A stretch of DNA of 64,000 nucleotides from the human T2T-CHM13v2.0 reference genome, Homo sapiens. The notes under the pieces were generated by a model. It saw nothing but the letters and a program-made list of their open reading frames with translations. It had not been told where the DNA came from and did no database searches. The DNA is taken from the NCBI RefSeq assembly GCF_009914755.1, contig NC_060947.1; one strand, given 5' to 3'. The position numbers were made by a program, and so were the translations under genes. Of this stretch, positions 17,065-30,895 are shown in pieces (the stretch's first letter is position 1; each line of letters starts with the position of its first letter).

Positions 17065-17279
17065 GTTTATTTGCTTACTTATTTATTCAGCTTTCTTGAG
17101 AGAGAATTGACAAATTGAACGTGCATGTATTTAGGATGGACAACATGATGTTTTGATATAAGGATACCTTGTATAATGGTTTCCACAATCACACTAATTA
17201 ACATATGCATCATCCCAAATAGTTACCACTGTATATCTGTGCGTGTGTGTGTGTGTGTGTTTGAACACTTAAGATCTAC
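17065..17279 (-). mobile_element. L1MA/MB 3'-terminal segment (non-inverted part of a 5'-inverted L1)
   Basis: Reverse complement reads GTAGATCTTAAGTGTTC...ATGTTAATTAG...CAAAACATCATGTTGTCC...AAGCTGAATAAATAA. Confidence 0.75.
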
Positions 17280-17280
17280 A

Positions 17281-18158
17281 CTACCATGTGATCCAGCAAT
17301 CTTACTTCTGGCTCTATATCCAAAGAATATGAAATTGGTATGTCAAAGAGATGCCTGCACTCTCATATGTATTATAGCATTATTCACACTAGCCAAAATA
17401 TGGAAACAAACTAAATGCCTCTAAATGGATGAATGGATAAAGAAAACGTGGTCTATAAAAACACATTGGCATCACACATCTCGGGGTTTTGCATCCTAAC
17501 CAACTGCAGATGGAAAATATTTTTAAAAAAAATTAAAAATAAAAATACAACAATTAAAATAATACAAATTAAAAAATATAGTAGAACAAGTATTTCTGTC
17601 GAATTTACATTATATTAAGTAGTATAAATAATCCAGAATTGGTATAAAATATACAGGAGGATGTGCGTAGGTTACATACAAATACTACAGTATTTTATTT
17701 ATATCAGGGACCTGAGCTTCTGCAGATTTTGGTATCCGTGGTGGGTTGTGGTGGGAGGAAGTCCTGCAACCAATCACCTGTGGTTACTAATGGACAACTG
17801 TATATGTGTGTGTGTGTGTAACAGAATATTATTTTTAAAAAGAAGGAAATTCTGCCATTTGTGACTGTATGAATGGAGGTGGAGGGCATTATGCTAAGCA
17901 AAATAAGCAACATCCAGAAAGAGAAATACCACATGATTTCACTTGTATGTGGAATTTTAATAAGTGAAAGCTATTGCTTTAGAAGAATAGAATGGTCATT
18001 ACCGTGGGCTGGGGGAAGAGGAAATGGGTGATGTTTGTCAAGGGTACAAACTTTTAGTTACACGAGATGATTACATTCAGATCCAATGTACAGCATGGCG
18101 ACTACAGTTAATAATACTGCATTATGTACTTGATTTTACTAAGACAGTAGATCTTAAG
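17281..18158 (+). mobile_element. L1MA/MB inverted upstream segment, interrupted by MER2
   Basis: CTACCATGTGATCCAGCAATC...GGATGAATGGATAAAGAAAACGTGG...GTACAGCATGGCGACTACAGTTAATAATAC...GTAGATCTTAAG. Confidence 0.8.
17464..17800 (-). mobile_element. MER2 (Tigger-derived non-autonomous DNA transposon)
   Basis: Reverse complement CAGTTGTCC...GGATACCAAAATCTGC...GTAACCTACGCACATCCTCC matches recalled MER2 consensus. Confidence 0.8.
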
Positions 18159-18490
18159 AGGTGAGGGTATTAATTAAAACAGGGAACACTGGCTGGCTGT
18201 AGAACAAATGATGGACCATGTGGATGATAAACTCAGCTTTAGACATATGAGGTTAACGTCTCTTGTGATATACCACAAGATTGTCCTGATGGGTTAGGAC
18301 AGGAATTGAATTTTATAATCATGGGCTTGGGAGACAGATCTGCCAGTGATATCAGCTGAGGAGCCACCACCAGCATGGAGATGAGAAATGAAAAAAACTC
18401 ATTGGCAAGAAGACTAAGACAAGACACACTCCAAACTTCCTGATCAAAATAGAAATGTGGATGTGAGTTCCCTCCTTCTGGCATGCTCAT

Positions 18491-19040
18491 TGTGATGGTT
18501 AATATTGACTATCAACTTGATTGGATTGAAGGAGGCAAAGCATTCTTCCTGGGTGTGTCTGTGAGGGTGTTGCCAAAGGAGATTAACATTTGAGTCAGTG
18601 GACTGGGAAAGGCAGACCCACACTCAAGCTGGGTGGGCCCCATCTAATCAGCTGCTAGCCTGGCTAGGATAAAAACAGACAGAAGAATATGGAAGGATTA
18701 GACTGGCTGAGTCTTCCAGCCTCCATCTTTCTCCCTTGCTGGATGCTTCCTGCCCGTGAACATCAGACTTCAAGTTCTTCAGCTGTCAGACTCTCGGACT
18801 TACACCAGTGGTTTGCCAGGGGCTCTTGGGCCTTCGGCAATAGACAGAAGGCTGCACTGTCAAATTCCCTACTTTTGAGGTTTTGGGACTCAGACTGGCT
18901 TCCTTGCTTCTCAGCTTGCAGACGGCCTATTATGAGACTTCAGCTTGTGATCATGTGAATCAGTACTTCTTAATAAACTCCCCTTCATATATACATCTGT
19001 CTGATTAGTTCTGGCCCTCTGGAAAACCCTGACTAATACG
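18491..19040 (+). mobile_element. MLT2A solo LTR (HERV-L family)
   Basis: TGTGATGGTTAATA...TCAACTTGATTGGATTGAAGGA...CCCTGACTAATAC; TSD-like CTCAT / TTCAT. Confidence 0.9.
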
Positions 19041-19114
19041 TTCATCTTATGTTAACACTGCCGTCACCATTTCTTTTCTATCTCTCCGCTGTCCCCTCTC
19101 TTCTCTTGATCAAC

Positions 19115-19378
19115 CCCTTCTCTCCCTCCCTTTCCCACCTGTATCCTCTCTCTCCTCTCTCTCCCCCTCCTCTCTCTCCCCCTCCTCTCTCCCCCCCTCC
19201 TCTCTCCCCCCCTCCTCTCTCCCCCTCCTCTCTCTCCCCCTCCTCTCTTCCCCCCTCCTCTCTCCCCCTCCTCTCTCTCCCCCTCCTCTCCCTCCCCTTC
19301 CTCTCTCCCCCTCCTCTATCTCCGACTCTCTCCTCTCTCTACCCTCTCTCTCTCTCCTCTTTCTCCTCTTTTTTCTGT
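19115..19378. repeat. Polypyrimidine tract with (CCTCTCTCCCCC)n-like units
   Basis: About 260 bp of almost pure C/T with ~15-nt periodicity. Confidence 0.9.
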
Positions 19379-20865
19379 CTCATATATATATATTTTATAT
19401 ATATATATTTTTTATGTACATACACAAATATATATGTGTGTGTATATATATGTGTGTGTATGCCATATTGACACATTCTATTTGTTTTTTTAACAGAAGG
19501 AGGGTGTAACTTAGTAGGAACAACAGAGCCTTTAGAGACAAACACATTTGGATCAAAATCTCTGATCAAAACCCAAGACTACACAGGATGTTAAACAACC
19601 AGGAACAGTACAAAGTGTCCTCTTCCTTTTCTCAATCATTGAACAAATTCAGTGGAAAGAGGAAGAGGGTGGAGTCAGGGTGTTGTGGATTTGTTTCCCA
19701 CTGGTACAATTGCTTGCATGACCTTGGGCGTGTCATTCTATTATTTAACAGATTCCCATTTCCTATCTGTAAAAAGGGAAGAATAAGATTTTCAAATGGT
19801 ATTTACGAAAAATAAATTAGATTACTTACATGAGCAGAAAGGAGAGGACGAATACTGCCTAATGCTTCAACTGATGCTACAACAGGGAGGAGAGGACAGC
19901 TCCTTTCAAAGAAAAAAATAATAATTTGATGATATATTTAGATAGTACCATGGACTTGGTCTGCAGTGCAATGGAAAAGGAAAATAGCTAAAATGCAGAG
20001 TATAACTTTCCACTCATAGATGTAATCAATATTAATACCCTTGTTGTGTGGATATGTTATATAAAGCCAAGCCCTTCCCAATATCCCCCAAAAAGTCTTG
20101 GGTCAACCATATTTATGGCAAGGAAAGACACATGACTTGTTGAAAAGAAACAATTTTGGCAAGTGATAAAATGGTTTAATCAAGACGAGACACAAAGAAT
20201 TAGATAATATTTATAAATGAGGTAGTAAAAGAGGTAGAAAACAACCCAAAATTCCAAATACATGTCACTTTTTCTGACTAGAGAATCCCTGAGACATTGC
20301 AGGACATAGTGGGTATTTGAGACAAATTTAATTAGTGTAATTTTACATCTCAAAGGCAATAGTATTCCAGGCTGGATGAGATGGGCGATCTCTAGTAATT
20401 TATACATCTGAGATGATCTGGCATATTCTAGATCCTCAATTAATAACATCACTGCTGTTTTAATAGTGGTAAGACTAGTCATTGATGTTATTGTAAATAC
20501 TATTAGAATACCATTCACACATAGTCTATAAAGGGGGAACTCTTCAGTTTTTTCAATTTTGCTTTCTTACGTTGTTTTTCTGTTGTATTGTCTGTTTCTG
20601 ACTTTCTGGCACTTTCAGAAGAATTACCAGCCAATCTCAACTTATAATAAGGATACAGTATATGTGTTCCAGTATATGTGATACAGTTACCTCTGGCCTA
20701 AAAAATTTCAATCAGAAACATATGTTATGCATAAAGTAATTGGTGCCATCTGAACACCCTTCTAAGCAAACTTATTTGACTTTTTGTAGTGTTGATGTCT
20801 CCTGGTACTTAACCATTTCATTTTGAGATGTTAGTTATAATGGTATTCTATAGAGAGTTCAGCAT

Positions 20866-21712
20866 TGCAATGGTTAATTTTATGCATCAACTTGACTGGA
20901 CTACGGGTGCCCAGATAGCTGGTTAAATATTATCTCTGGGTGTGCCTGTGAGGGTGAGGGTGTTTCCACAAGGAATCCACATTTAAATTAGTCAACTCAA
21001 AAAATATTTTTCCCTCCCCAGTGTCAGTGTGCCTCATTTAATTCCTTAAAGGACTGAATAGAACACAAAGTGGAAGAAGTTTGAATTAACTCTGCCTGAC
21101 TATTTGAGCTGGAACATTTATCTTCTGTCCTCTGTGCTCCTGGTTCTCAGATCTTCAGAGGAGACTGGAATCTGCACCATCGTCCTCTGTTTCTTTGGTC
21201 TTTGGACTACACCACTGGCTTTCCTGGGTCTTTATCCTGGAGACAGGTGGTTATGGCACTTCTCAGCCTCCATAATCAAATGAGCCAATTCTTTATCATA
21301 AATATTTTTGAGAGAGAGAGTCTTGCTTTGTCACCCAGGCTGAAGTGCAGTTGTATGATCTTGGCTCACTGTAACCTCTGCCTCCTGGGCTCAGGCGATC
21401 CTCCACCTTAGCCCCCCAAGTAGCTGGGACCACAGGCATGCACCACCACACCTGGCTAAGTTTTGTATTTTTAGTAGAGACAGAGTTTCACCATGTTGGC
21501 CAGACTGGTCTCGAACTCCTGACCTCAGGTGATCTGCCCGCCTCAGCCTCCCAAAGTGCTGGGATTACAGGTGCGAGCCACTGCTCTTGGCCCCTTATAA
21601 TATATATGTTAATAGATAGATAAATATAGAGTTTTTTTAGTTATATCTATATGTATAGGTATATATCTGTATCTTATTGGTTCTGTTTCTCTAGAGAACA
21701 CTCACAAATACA
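20866..21712 (+). mobile_element. MLT2-type LTR interrupted by an Alu
   Basis: TGCAATGGTTAATTTTATGCATCAACTTGACTGG...TTGGTTCTGTTTCTCTAGAGAAC...AATACA. Confidence 0.85.
21305..21593 (-). mobile_element. Alu
   Basis: Reverse Alu dimer inside the MLT2 LTR. Confidence 0.92.
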
Positions 21713-23975
21713 AACATTTATACTGTAACCTTTGAGAAGTTACTTTATGTCTTTCAGCGTCAGTTTCCCAACATGCAGAATGGAAATCACAACTTTGTCA
21801 ACAACATAAAGTCACTGTAAACCTTAAAGTGATAACAAATGCAAAGCAAGATATTTCTATACGAAGGACGAAGATTCAGGATGATATTTGCATTACAGAA
21901 GGAAAAATGTCCTAAACCCTTAGAGATATATTTCAATGACTGCATTTTAAAGTAACACATTTCACGTCCTCCCACCTGCTCCAACTGGATGTGTTAAGTG
22001 GGGAATGTTTGAATAATTTTTGCTGATTCAGCAGGTAAAGTAGAACATTGGCTCTTTGACAACTTTGCTTATTATTAAGTAGAAAGGAGGAGTTTAAAAT
22101 ACTTGCCTGTAAAGCCTCTCTCAAGAAATCCCCAGGCCAGACTGATTAACTCAGAATCTCTAAGAATGGACCTGAGATGTCTGTATTTTGTAAAATTCCC
22201 TCAAGGGATTCTTATGTACAGGCAGGGTTGAGATTCACTAATTAGAGGTTTGGATATATGAAAATTAAAACCAAACTTAACTCTGGAGTTCGCTGGCATA
22301 AATCTGCTGTATAGAAAAAGTATTTGAATCCCTATTATGTACAAGTCAAATTTTCTGACTCAGATCAAACACTAAATTGGTGATGAAGAAAAAAAATGTC
22401 CTCAACACTAGAAAATAAAATTCACCCATCGGATGCTGTTGTAAATTCTGAAACTTTAGAATTATTGAACTGTCAAGAGACCCAGGAGGAAAGAAATATG
22501 ACATATGTTCAGCCCTAGAAGGGAAAAATTTGTGACATTTTCCAGGTTTAGGCCATTAAAAAAAATTGTGAGAGAAGGTTTCTAGAGTATAGTCCAGGTG
22601 GCACAGTGGTTGGTGGATTTATTAATGTGGCAGGAAATACTTTTCGAACATCATTACATTCCATAGGGTTGTCAGTGTTTATTAAGAGGAAAAAGTGTCT
22701 AGAAGTTCCTTTGACACTATTAATGGTTAAGTTCTTAGCAGCCATAATTAAATTCCAACATAAATCTTATGATTAATCTAAAAAACAGAAGATTTAAGGG
22801 GAAAAATCACCTAAAAATAATTTTGATATATCGCACAAAGTGAGATATATTTTAATAACTCACAAAGTGAGTTCCAACATAATATTTTAGGGCTCTAGAG
22901 CATGCATTTCCAAATCAGATTTCCATTAAATTAGCATGCTCTTTGTGAAAATACTTCACATGTATCATCTAAAATTGACCAAAGTCTGTTGAAATTACTT
23001 TTAGTATTCTGAGTTCATGAAGAGAATGCAGAACTAAGTCAATTCTTTTTTTATCAAGATTATAATGCTGGTCACATCCAACATGAGTTTATATGCTTAG
23101 GAAGGGTGGTTGAGGGAGATTTTCTTCCTCAGCCACGGAAAGTAAGTAATTTCATTTAATCCAATTAGATTTTGTAGGTTTTATCATTTTTTCTCAAATC
23201 TTAGATCTGGAAAGAAATAAATGCTTTAAGAAATTGATATTCTGCATGGAATTGATAGCAAATGCATATACGCAAGGCAATCCACAGTGTGCACCCCATT
23301 CTTGTTCCTGGCTACCTAAGGGTTCAAAGTTCAACAACCAATACCTGGCATACAGTTTTGCTTATTTATGTGTGTCCTGTTTTATTCCAAAAGTGTTGAA
23401 AGTAATGGGCTAATATAACAAGTCAAGCATTATCGTAGTGTTGGAAAACAAGTGTAGAAAAAAGTAGATTCTGTCCTTGTCCCAAACTTGATAAAAAATG
23501 TACTCCCCATAAAATAGCAAGTAGAAAAGAACTCTACTGAAAGTTGGGGGAATCTGGGAGCCACTCTGACTTAGCTTTTACAGTTTTCATTTCTATTTGG
23601 TCTTATTTTAACTAAGCGAAGGGAAGCCTTAACAGCCTTCACTTTTTGCACCTCTAATTAAGAAAATACTTTAGAAGTATAATGAACAAAGTGGGTCTAG
23701 CATCAGTAAGTCTTCAGTGTAAATTTCAGATCCACTGTTCAGGATCTGAAAAGAAAAATGAGCATGGCTACGCTTCCTAAGTATGTATGCGTTGTGTATA
23801 AAATGGGGGATTTGAGTAATAACTTTTGCTTTAGATTTTATTTCAGGTTTTATGTAGCAGGATAATGTCAAATGTTTACTTTATCTCTAATGCATAGCAG
23901 ACATTTTTTTAAATGGCTGGTTTAAAAAATCTAACTATACTCCTCTTTTTAAAATTTAGTAGCAGCTGCAATTAG

Positions 23976-24452
<477 letters not shown>

Positions 24453-25606
24453 TAGTGAGCAGTAGAGTTTAAAGCATTTATAAACCAGACTGATTCAAAT
24501 GTTGCAGAGACAGGTTGTCAACTGCTTTAAATAACCCATGGTGTTACCTAAGAAAAGAGCAGAAGTGTGCACAAAGATATATGGATGCCTAGGAACTGGA
24601 CACCAAGAAGGAATCTGCTACTTCTGCAAAGATAAATATTTGGGTTGGTAAAGGATTGAGTCCAGCTGGCGTTCTCCAGGCTCCCTTCTCTCCTGCTGTC
24701 TGACCCAACTGCTGTCTGAGCCAACTGTGGCTCCTCCAGCATTCACGCTGTTGCTGCTTCTAGTCTGTGTACTGAACAAATTGAAAGATAAATGACATAT
24801 GAAGAAACCAGGAGCTGCTGAACCACTGGCATCCTTTCAGAGTTCTGGGACCATCCAAGGCTTTGGATAAGACCAGCACAGTTTGATCTTGACTCTTCTC
24901 AGTGTGTTTTAGTTGTCTGCCGTAACCTGAGTCAGGATGGAGGACTTCTGGGAGAACAGATAATGTCCTTGACCAATATCTTCGAAGAGAACTGTGGACG
25001 CATTTGCAGCACGTATCTTAGAGGGGCAATTTGGCAACACTGAGTCCAGAACAGGTTTGTGCAGGAATCACTGAAATTAGTAATAGGCTCTTAAATATTA
25101 ACAACCCCTGAAAACAACTCCAGGTGGGAGAAAAGAGAGAGGCACTTCTGAGACCAATTTTCTACTTCGGAAGAGGCCAGGCTTGCAAAATGGAATTCTG
25201 GTTTCATAACAGAAGACATCTTATTAAAGTACATGAGGGTGAGTCTGTTGTGGTCTGCAGGTGTTGCCTGGCAGGGTTTCCAATACCTACCGTAGCTGCA
25301 CATGTTTTGATGAAAAATCAGCCAACATTTTCAGGCAAGTGGCACAGATGTCTCACCTCCGAAAGGTCTAGGAGGAATTGTCAATCACAATCCCCCGTCT
25401 TCATTGCGTCTTTCTAATAATAGCTATAAAGAAATCTTCCAAAAAGTCATCTTTGTTAGAAATCTATGGTATGCATTTAAAGAAAAAGGGTCAGATTAAG
25501 ATATTTAAATATAAATGCATATGGAATTTGCTGAAAGGCAGACTTGTGATTTGTTGCCTCTTTGATGCTCATCTTCAAGGTGGAGACAAGAGTTGGAGGC
25601 AGCTCG

Positions 25607-25727
25607 TTTTTTTTTTTTTTTGTATTATACTTTAAGTTTTAGGGTACATGTGCACAACGTGCAGGTTAGTTACATATGTATACATGTGCCATGTTGGTGA
25701 GCTGCACCCATTAACTCGTCGTTTAAC
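25607..25727 (-). mobile_element. Very short young L1PA 3' end (~120 bp)
   Basis: T14 then ATTATACTTTAAGTTTTAGGGTACATGTGCACAACGTGCAGGTTAGTTACATATG..., close to the young L1PA 3' terminus. Confidence 0.92.
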
Positions 25728-26534
25728 TTTTCCTTGATTAAAACCATTAGCACTGCCTCACATGACGGTCTTCACCCTCTCTGAGGCTGACCTGCTCTCA
25801 CGCTGACAACACCCAGTTCCTTTGCAGATCTGGTGATCAAACCCAGCCTTCCTTCTTGCTTTCAGAGATGAAGGGCACATTTCACTTCTAAAATTTCTCA
25901 TTATTATTTGGAGATATTAAAAGGCAAGGGGCACATTTGAACAGAGCTTGGATAATGTGATCTTTATCATTTAATCTAGGATGTTTTACAGACTTAACTA
26001 GCATCTGAAGCTCAAAATAGACACTCAATGGCAAAAGAAATGGAGTCCAAGAAAGAGATTTGTTGGTGACCTTAAATAATTAAAAATAAATAAATAAATT
26101 GGCCTTTGGCTTTGGTTGGAGATGATTTATTCATGAATGATGTTTTTACACCCAGCCTTAAATGCGAACAATACAAATATGAGATGACTTCGATGTCGTT
26201 TTGGGGAATTTCCATTTGAAGTTCAGCTGTGGGTCATTGAGAGTTCAGACAACCTCCTCAAAATTGAATTCCAGGCTAATGCAGGGGTCCAAACCCATTT
26301 TCCATTTCAGGAGATAAATATTTGATGGATAAATTCCTTCAAAGCTCTTTGGGTCAGGAAAAAAGTGCACGTAGAGCAGAATAAATTGGCAAAGCAGGCC
26401 TGGTTCAGATGAAGAAAGCATGTTCCACACTAAGTCTGCCTCTGATTACAACTCAAAGCTTGAACAGAACATACAAGACAATTACAAGTAGATTCCAAGA
26501 AGTAGAGTAACCAGCAGATTAGAGAGGAAAATCA

Positions 26535-27283
26535 GAACTCAAAGAATGACCAAAGAGCAGTGGGCTCTGCATAGAGTGCCCTTGACATAAGTGACTCCAT
26601 CTTAGAGAAAGGCTCAATCTTACATTTCAAAAGTTGCCTTGCCAACGGGGACCAGATGTCTTGCCTAATCAATAAAGACTGCACCCAACCAGATAAGGAC
26701 ATAACCAAGCACACTCTTCCACTATCAGTCTTCACCAGAGGACTCTGTGGCCATAAAAACAGCAGTACTTCAGCACTGAAGTACTTGAAATGGTTGTCTT
26801 AACAGGCACCATCTTGCTGTCACTTGTAATAAGCACCTGACGTCTGCTAGCAAAGGCTCTGGCCATATTAAAATTTCTTCCTTGCAAGACAGATGGACTG
26901 AGCAGGCCATACCAGGATCTTCTTTTTGTCTATATTATTCTCCCTGGACTGGTTTGCTTAACTATTTTTCCTATCTCTTTACTCTTGATGTTGAATGTTA
27001 CATTGTTTGTTGTGGAGTGCTTAATCTATAATATTTTATGTATTGGTTAAGTATGATACTATGTATGGTTTTACAGTATTGACTGACTTGTGGAGTGACT
27101 TGAGCCTCTGTGCCTGCAGCTCTGACCACTGAGTGAACAAGAAATACTAAGGAGAATTCCCTCCTTGGAAACTCCATGTGGCTTGTGGCTTTTGCATTGA
27201 AATAGCATCAATACATGTGACCTTATAGAAAGACACAAACATGCATGGACTGGGTTATCTCTGACCTTGCATTGCTCATGATA
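26535..27283 (+). mobile_element. Probable old ERV LTR, family not assigned
   Basis: LTR-like composition ending ...GGTTATCTCTGACCTTGCATTGCTCATGATA; recalled similarity only. Confidence 0.5.
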
Positions 27284-28650
27284 GTCCCTCTCTTTTTTTC
27301 CCTCCCGTCTCTCCTGACTCAGACCTGTGGCAAACTTGACCTTTAAAACTCTGCTGCAGACATGGACAGACAAAGAACCAAGAAAAAACCTCTCTATAAA
27401 CCTCTTTATTGAGTTGGAATTCCAGAAAGTGGGTACCCTGCAGGGAATAGCCTATTGATCTCTCCTATCCTCCTTCCACAGGATGTTTTACATCTATGTG
27501 GTGGCTGAATTAATATTAGACAAAATACTTTCAGAATAAAATTACCATGGATGAAAGTGGACATTACATAATGATAAAATGAATAATTTGTAACTTATTT
27601 TTTTAATAAAGACAGATGGATTAGATCATATTTCCACAATAAAATGGAACAGAGCCTCATGATATTTCCCTCTATAAACTTAATGTTTTAAAAGATTTTT
27701 ACAAATATTTTATATTGAAACAACATTTTCCTATTTTACATCTATAAAAGAAAATTGCTTATCAGTTTCTGATCGGCATGAAATAATGATTGTTATAACA
27801 GTGAAATGATGTAATTCATAGTCTAAAGAAATTTTCCATTTTATTTGGTCTGCAAATTTGTTTTCCATGTAAAATGTGATTCCTGCTAGACTTTTGTAAT
27901 TTAATAAGAAACCATGGCTTTCTAATACTAATTTCAGAGACTTTATGAGATGTGTGACCCAAAGGTGCAAAACACTGGGCATTTTTTGTCTTAAGGTTCC
28001 TGTATTACAGACTAGCAGATTTCATGTAAGTCAGTCAAATTTTGATAACGATACGAGTGCTAGGTTATTAATAATTATTATTCTAAAATTCATCTCAAAT
28101 TCTCCACCACCTTTAAAAGGTGGTGGCAGAAGAGACAAGTGATCATCATTTCTTTCAAGCAAATTCTCAAGAATGACCAGACCGGGTCTGTAATGTCTGA
28201 AAAACACAGTGAGAACATAAAAATCAATGTTCTCAAAAGAAACTAAATGAGAAACTTACACGTCTATATGGAAATGATAAAAATGAGTTTTCCATTAAGA
28301 ACTCTTAGCTTACAGTGAACTAAATGCAAATTCAAGAAAACAGGAGTTGCCTTTATTCTAATACTATGTTTTGTTAACAAGGCTATTCTCTCTTGAATTT
28401 TAGTAAAAATATTTGCATTATGAAATTCTAACAAAGAAGACCATATGGGCATTTTTTATGTACTGAATAAGGAAAACAGAAGTCTATTTCTTTGTCTTAT
28501 TTCTGATTTTTAATAATTATACTTTTCTGCATAATCAAAAATTTGAATAAATATTGCCTTAATCACAAATGGAATTCACTAGGTTCAAAGTATCTTTGCT
28601 TCTGTAATAAAAACCATTCATATTTTGTCTGCAGAATTGCTTTATATTAT

Positions 28651-29109
28651 AAATGGTCCCTGACTTAATGATGGTTTGACTTATGATGACTTTACGGTGG
28701 TGCAAAAGTGATATGCATTTACTAGAAAACCTACTGCCAATTTTGAATTTTGCTCTTTTTTCTGGGCTAATGATACGCAATGCAATGCTCTCTTGTGACA
28801 CTGTGCAGCAGTGGTGATCTGCAGCTCTCAGTGTGCCATGCGATCGGAGGGTGAACAACCAACACTGTCTCTGCAGTGTTCCATATCCAATAAATTATGT
28901 AAGATAGTCAACATCTTCTTGCAAAAAATTCTTTGCATTAGATGATTTCACATAACTGTAGCCCAAAGTAAGTGTTCTGAGCACATTTAAGGTAGGCTAA
29001 GCTAAGCTATGATAGATTGGTTGTATTAAATGCATTTTTGAATTATGATATTTTCAAACTACAATGGATTTATTGGGACATAACCCCATTTTAAGTTAAG
29101 GAGCATGTG
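28651..29109 (-). mobile_element. MER47/Tigger5-like DNA transposon
   Basis: Reverse complement ATGCTCCTTAACTTAAAATGGGGTTATGTCCCAATAAA...AGCTTAGCCTACCTTAAATGTGCTCAGAACACTTAC; degenerate TIR at the other end. Confidence 0.75.
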
Positions 29110-29454
29110 TGATTGAAGATCCTCTCTTGCTCAGAACTCTACATTCCCATAATAACGTTGGTCAAGCCAGGGATGTGTTGTGTGTGTGTGTGTGTGTGTG
29201 TGTTTCTGTCTGTATGTTGTTGGTGAAAGATTAATAAATCAAATTTATTTAAATGTATTATACTAGAGGCTTTGTATAAAATTGTGTAATTTAAATATTT
29301 AAATATCTCATATATCATTAACTTAAATTTGTATAAAAATATACTCATTTTTAAAATTTGACCTTAATATAACTGAATCTTGTTTTTCTTTTTGACATCT
29401 TTCTTAAAATAAACTTGCTATTGATGTAATTTTAGTCTAATAGCGTGATCTCTT

Positions 29455-29885
29455 AGAAATCAGCCAGGCACAGAACGACAAACACCATATGTTTTCATTT
29501 ATATATGAGAGTTAAAAAAGTGGATCTCATGAAGATGATGAAGGTAGGTAGTAGTATGGTGGTTACCAGAAGCTGTGAAGAGAAGTTGCGTAAGAGATAT
29601 GAAAATACAGTTAGAAGAAATAACTTCTTATAATTGACAGTACAGTAGGGAAATTATAGTTAACAATAATTTATTGTAAGTTTCAAAATAACTATGGGGG
29701 AAATTATAATGCTTCCAATACAAAGAAAAAAGAAATGCTTAAGGTAATGGATATCCCAATTTCCCTGATTTGATCATTACACCTTGCATATAGGTATCAA
29801 AACAACATTTTATGTACCACCACAATATGTACAACTATTGTATACAATACAAAAGCAAAAGTAAAAAATAAGAAAGAAAACATCA
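29455..29885 (+). mobile_element. L1MA-like 3' UTR fragment
   Basis: GAAATCAGCCAGGCACAGAACGACAAAC...ATACAGTTAGAAGAAATAA...CCCTGATTTGATCATTACAC...A-rich tail. Confidence 0.8.
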
Positions 29886-30384
29886 GATAAAATTGACAAA
29901 TGAAATGCATGCTTTTTTCAACTTGAGAATACATTTACAAATGTTTTTATATTTTAAATTATAAAAATTAGTATTATTAATTTATATTTTAAGTAATTAA
30001 TATGTAATCTCACTTAGAATAAATGTTGGCAGTAGTTCCCTAGCTGGAATGTAGCACTGTGATTTTGGTTGTTTGAGAAGAAACATGAAGCAGATGTGTT
30101 AACTTAATTCTGGGTCATGTCTTTGGGTCACACAGCTGCACCATGCTTTAATAAATAAGAAACAAGTGCTCACCTATTAACCTTTCAGCTGAAAGAGATG
30201 ACTGATAGTGGGCTCATGGAACAGATTTTAGAGACTATAAAAAAATACAAATATCCCTGTGAAAATTATCCTTTCATAGGATCATCTTAGCTGGATTTTA
30301 CGTAGTAGAAGAGATGTTATAATTTGTGATTTTTATCTCTGGCTCAAATGCATGCCTTCATTCTCAGTAATCCACTGTGGGGGC

Positions 30385-30575
30385 TTTGGAGAAGGACAGA
30401 TCTGGGCTTGAAACCAGGCTCAGCCACTTACTAGCTACGTGACTTTGGACAAATGACTTAATTCTGTAAAGCCTCTACAAGATATCTAAAGATTAGAATC
30501 TAAAGAATCTACAAGATTCTACAAGATGAGTGCTAAGTTCCTGGTACAAGGTAGCACTGATCACTAATAATAATT
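30385..30575 (+). mobile_element. MIR fragment
   Basis: CAGATCTGGGCTTGAAACCAGGCTCAGCCACTTACTAGCTACGTGACTTTGGACAAATGACTTAA resembles the MIR core. Confidence 0.7.
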
Positions 30576-30581
30576 AGTTAT

Positions 30582-30895
30582 ATTATTTTTATTTTTATTT
30601 ATTTATTTTTTTTGAGACAAAGTCTCACTTTGCAACCCAGGCTGGGCTGCAGTGGCACGATCTTGGCTCACTGCAACCTCCACCTCCCGGGTCAAGTGAT
30701 TCTCCTGCCTCAGCCTTCCAAGTAGCTGGGATTACAGGCACATGCAACCACGCCCGGCTAATTTATATGTTTTTAGTAGAGATGGTATTTTTGCCATGCT
30801 GGCCAGGCTGATCTCCAACTCTTGACCTCAAGTGATCTGTCTGCCTCAGCCTCCCAAAGTGCTGGGATTACAGGTGTGAGCCACCGGCCCCGGCC
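30582..30895 (-). mobile_element. Alu
   Basis: Reverse dimer; TSD-like ATAATTAGT on both sides. Confidence 0.94.

Noticed and set aside
19049-19471. 140-aa Pro/Ser/Leu-rich ORF
   Set aside because: Translation of a CT-rich low-complexity tract.
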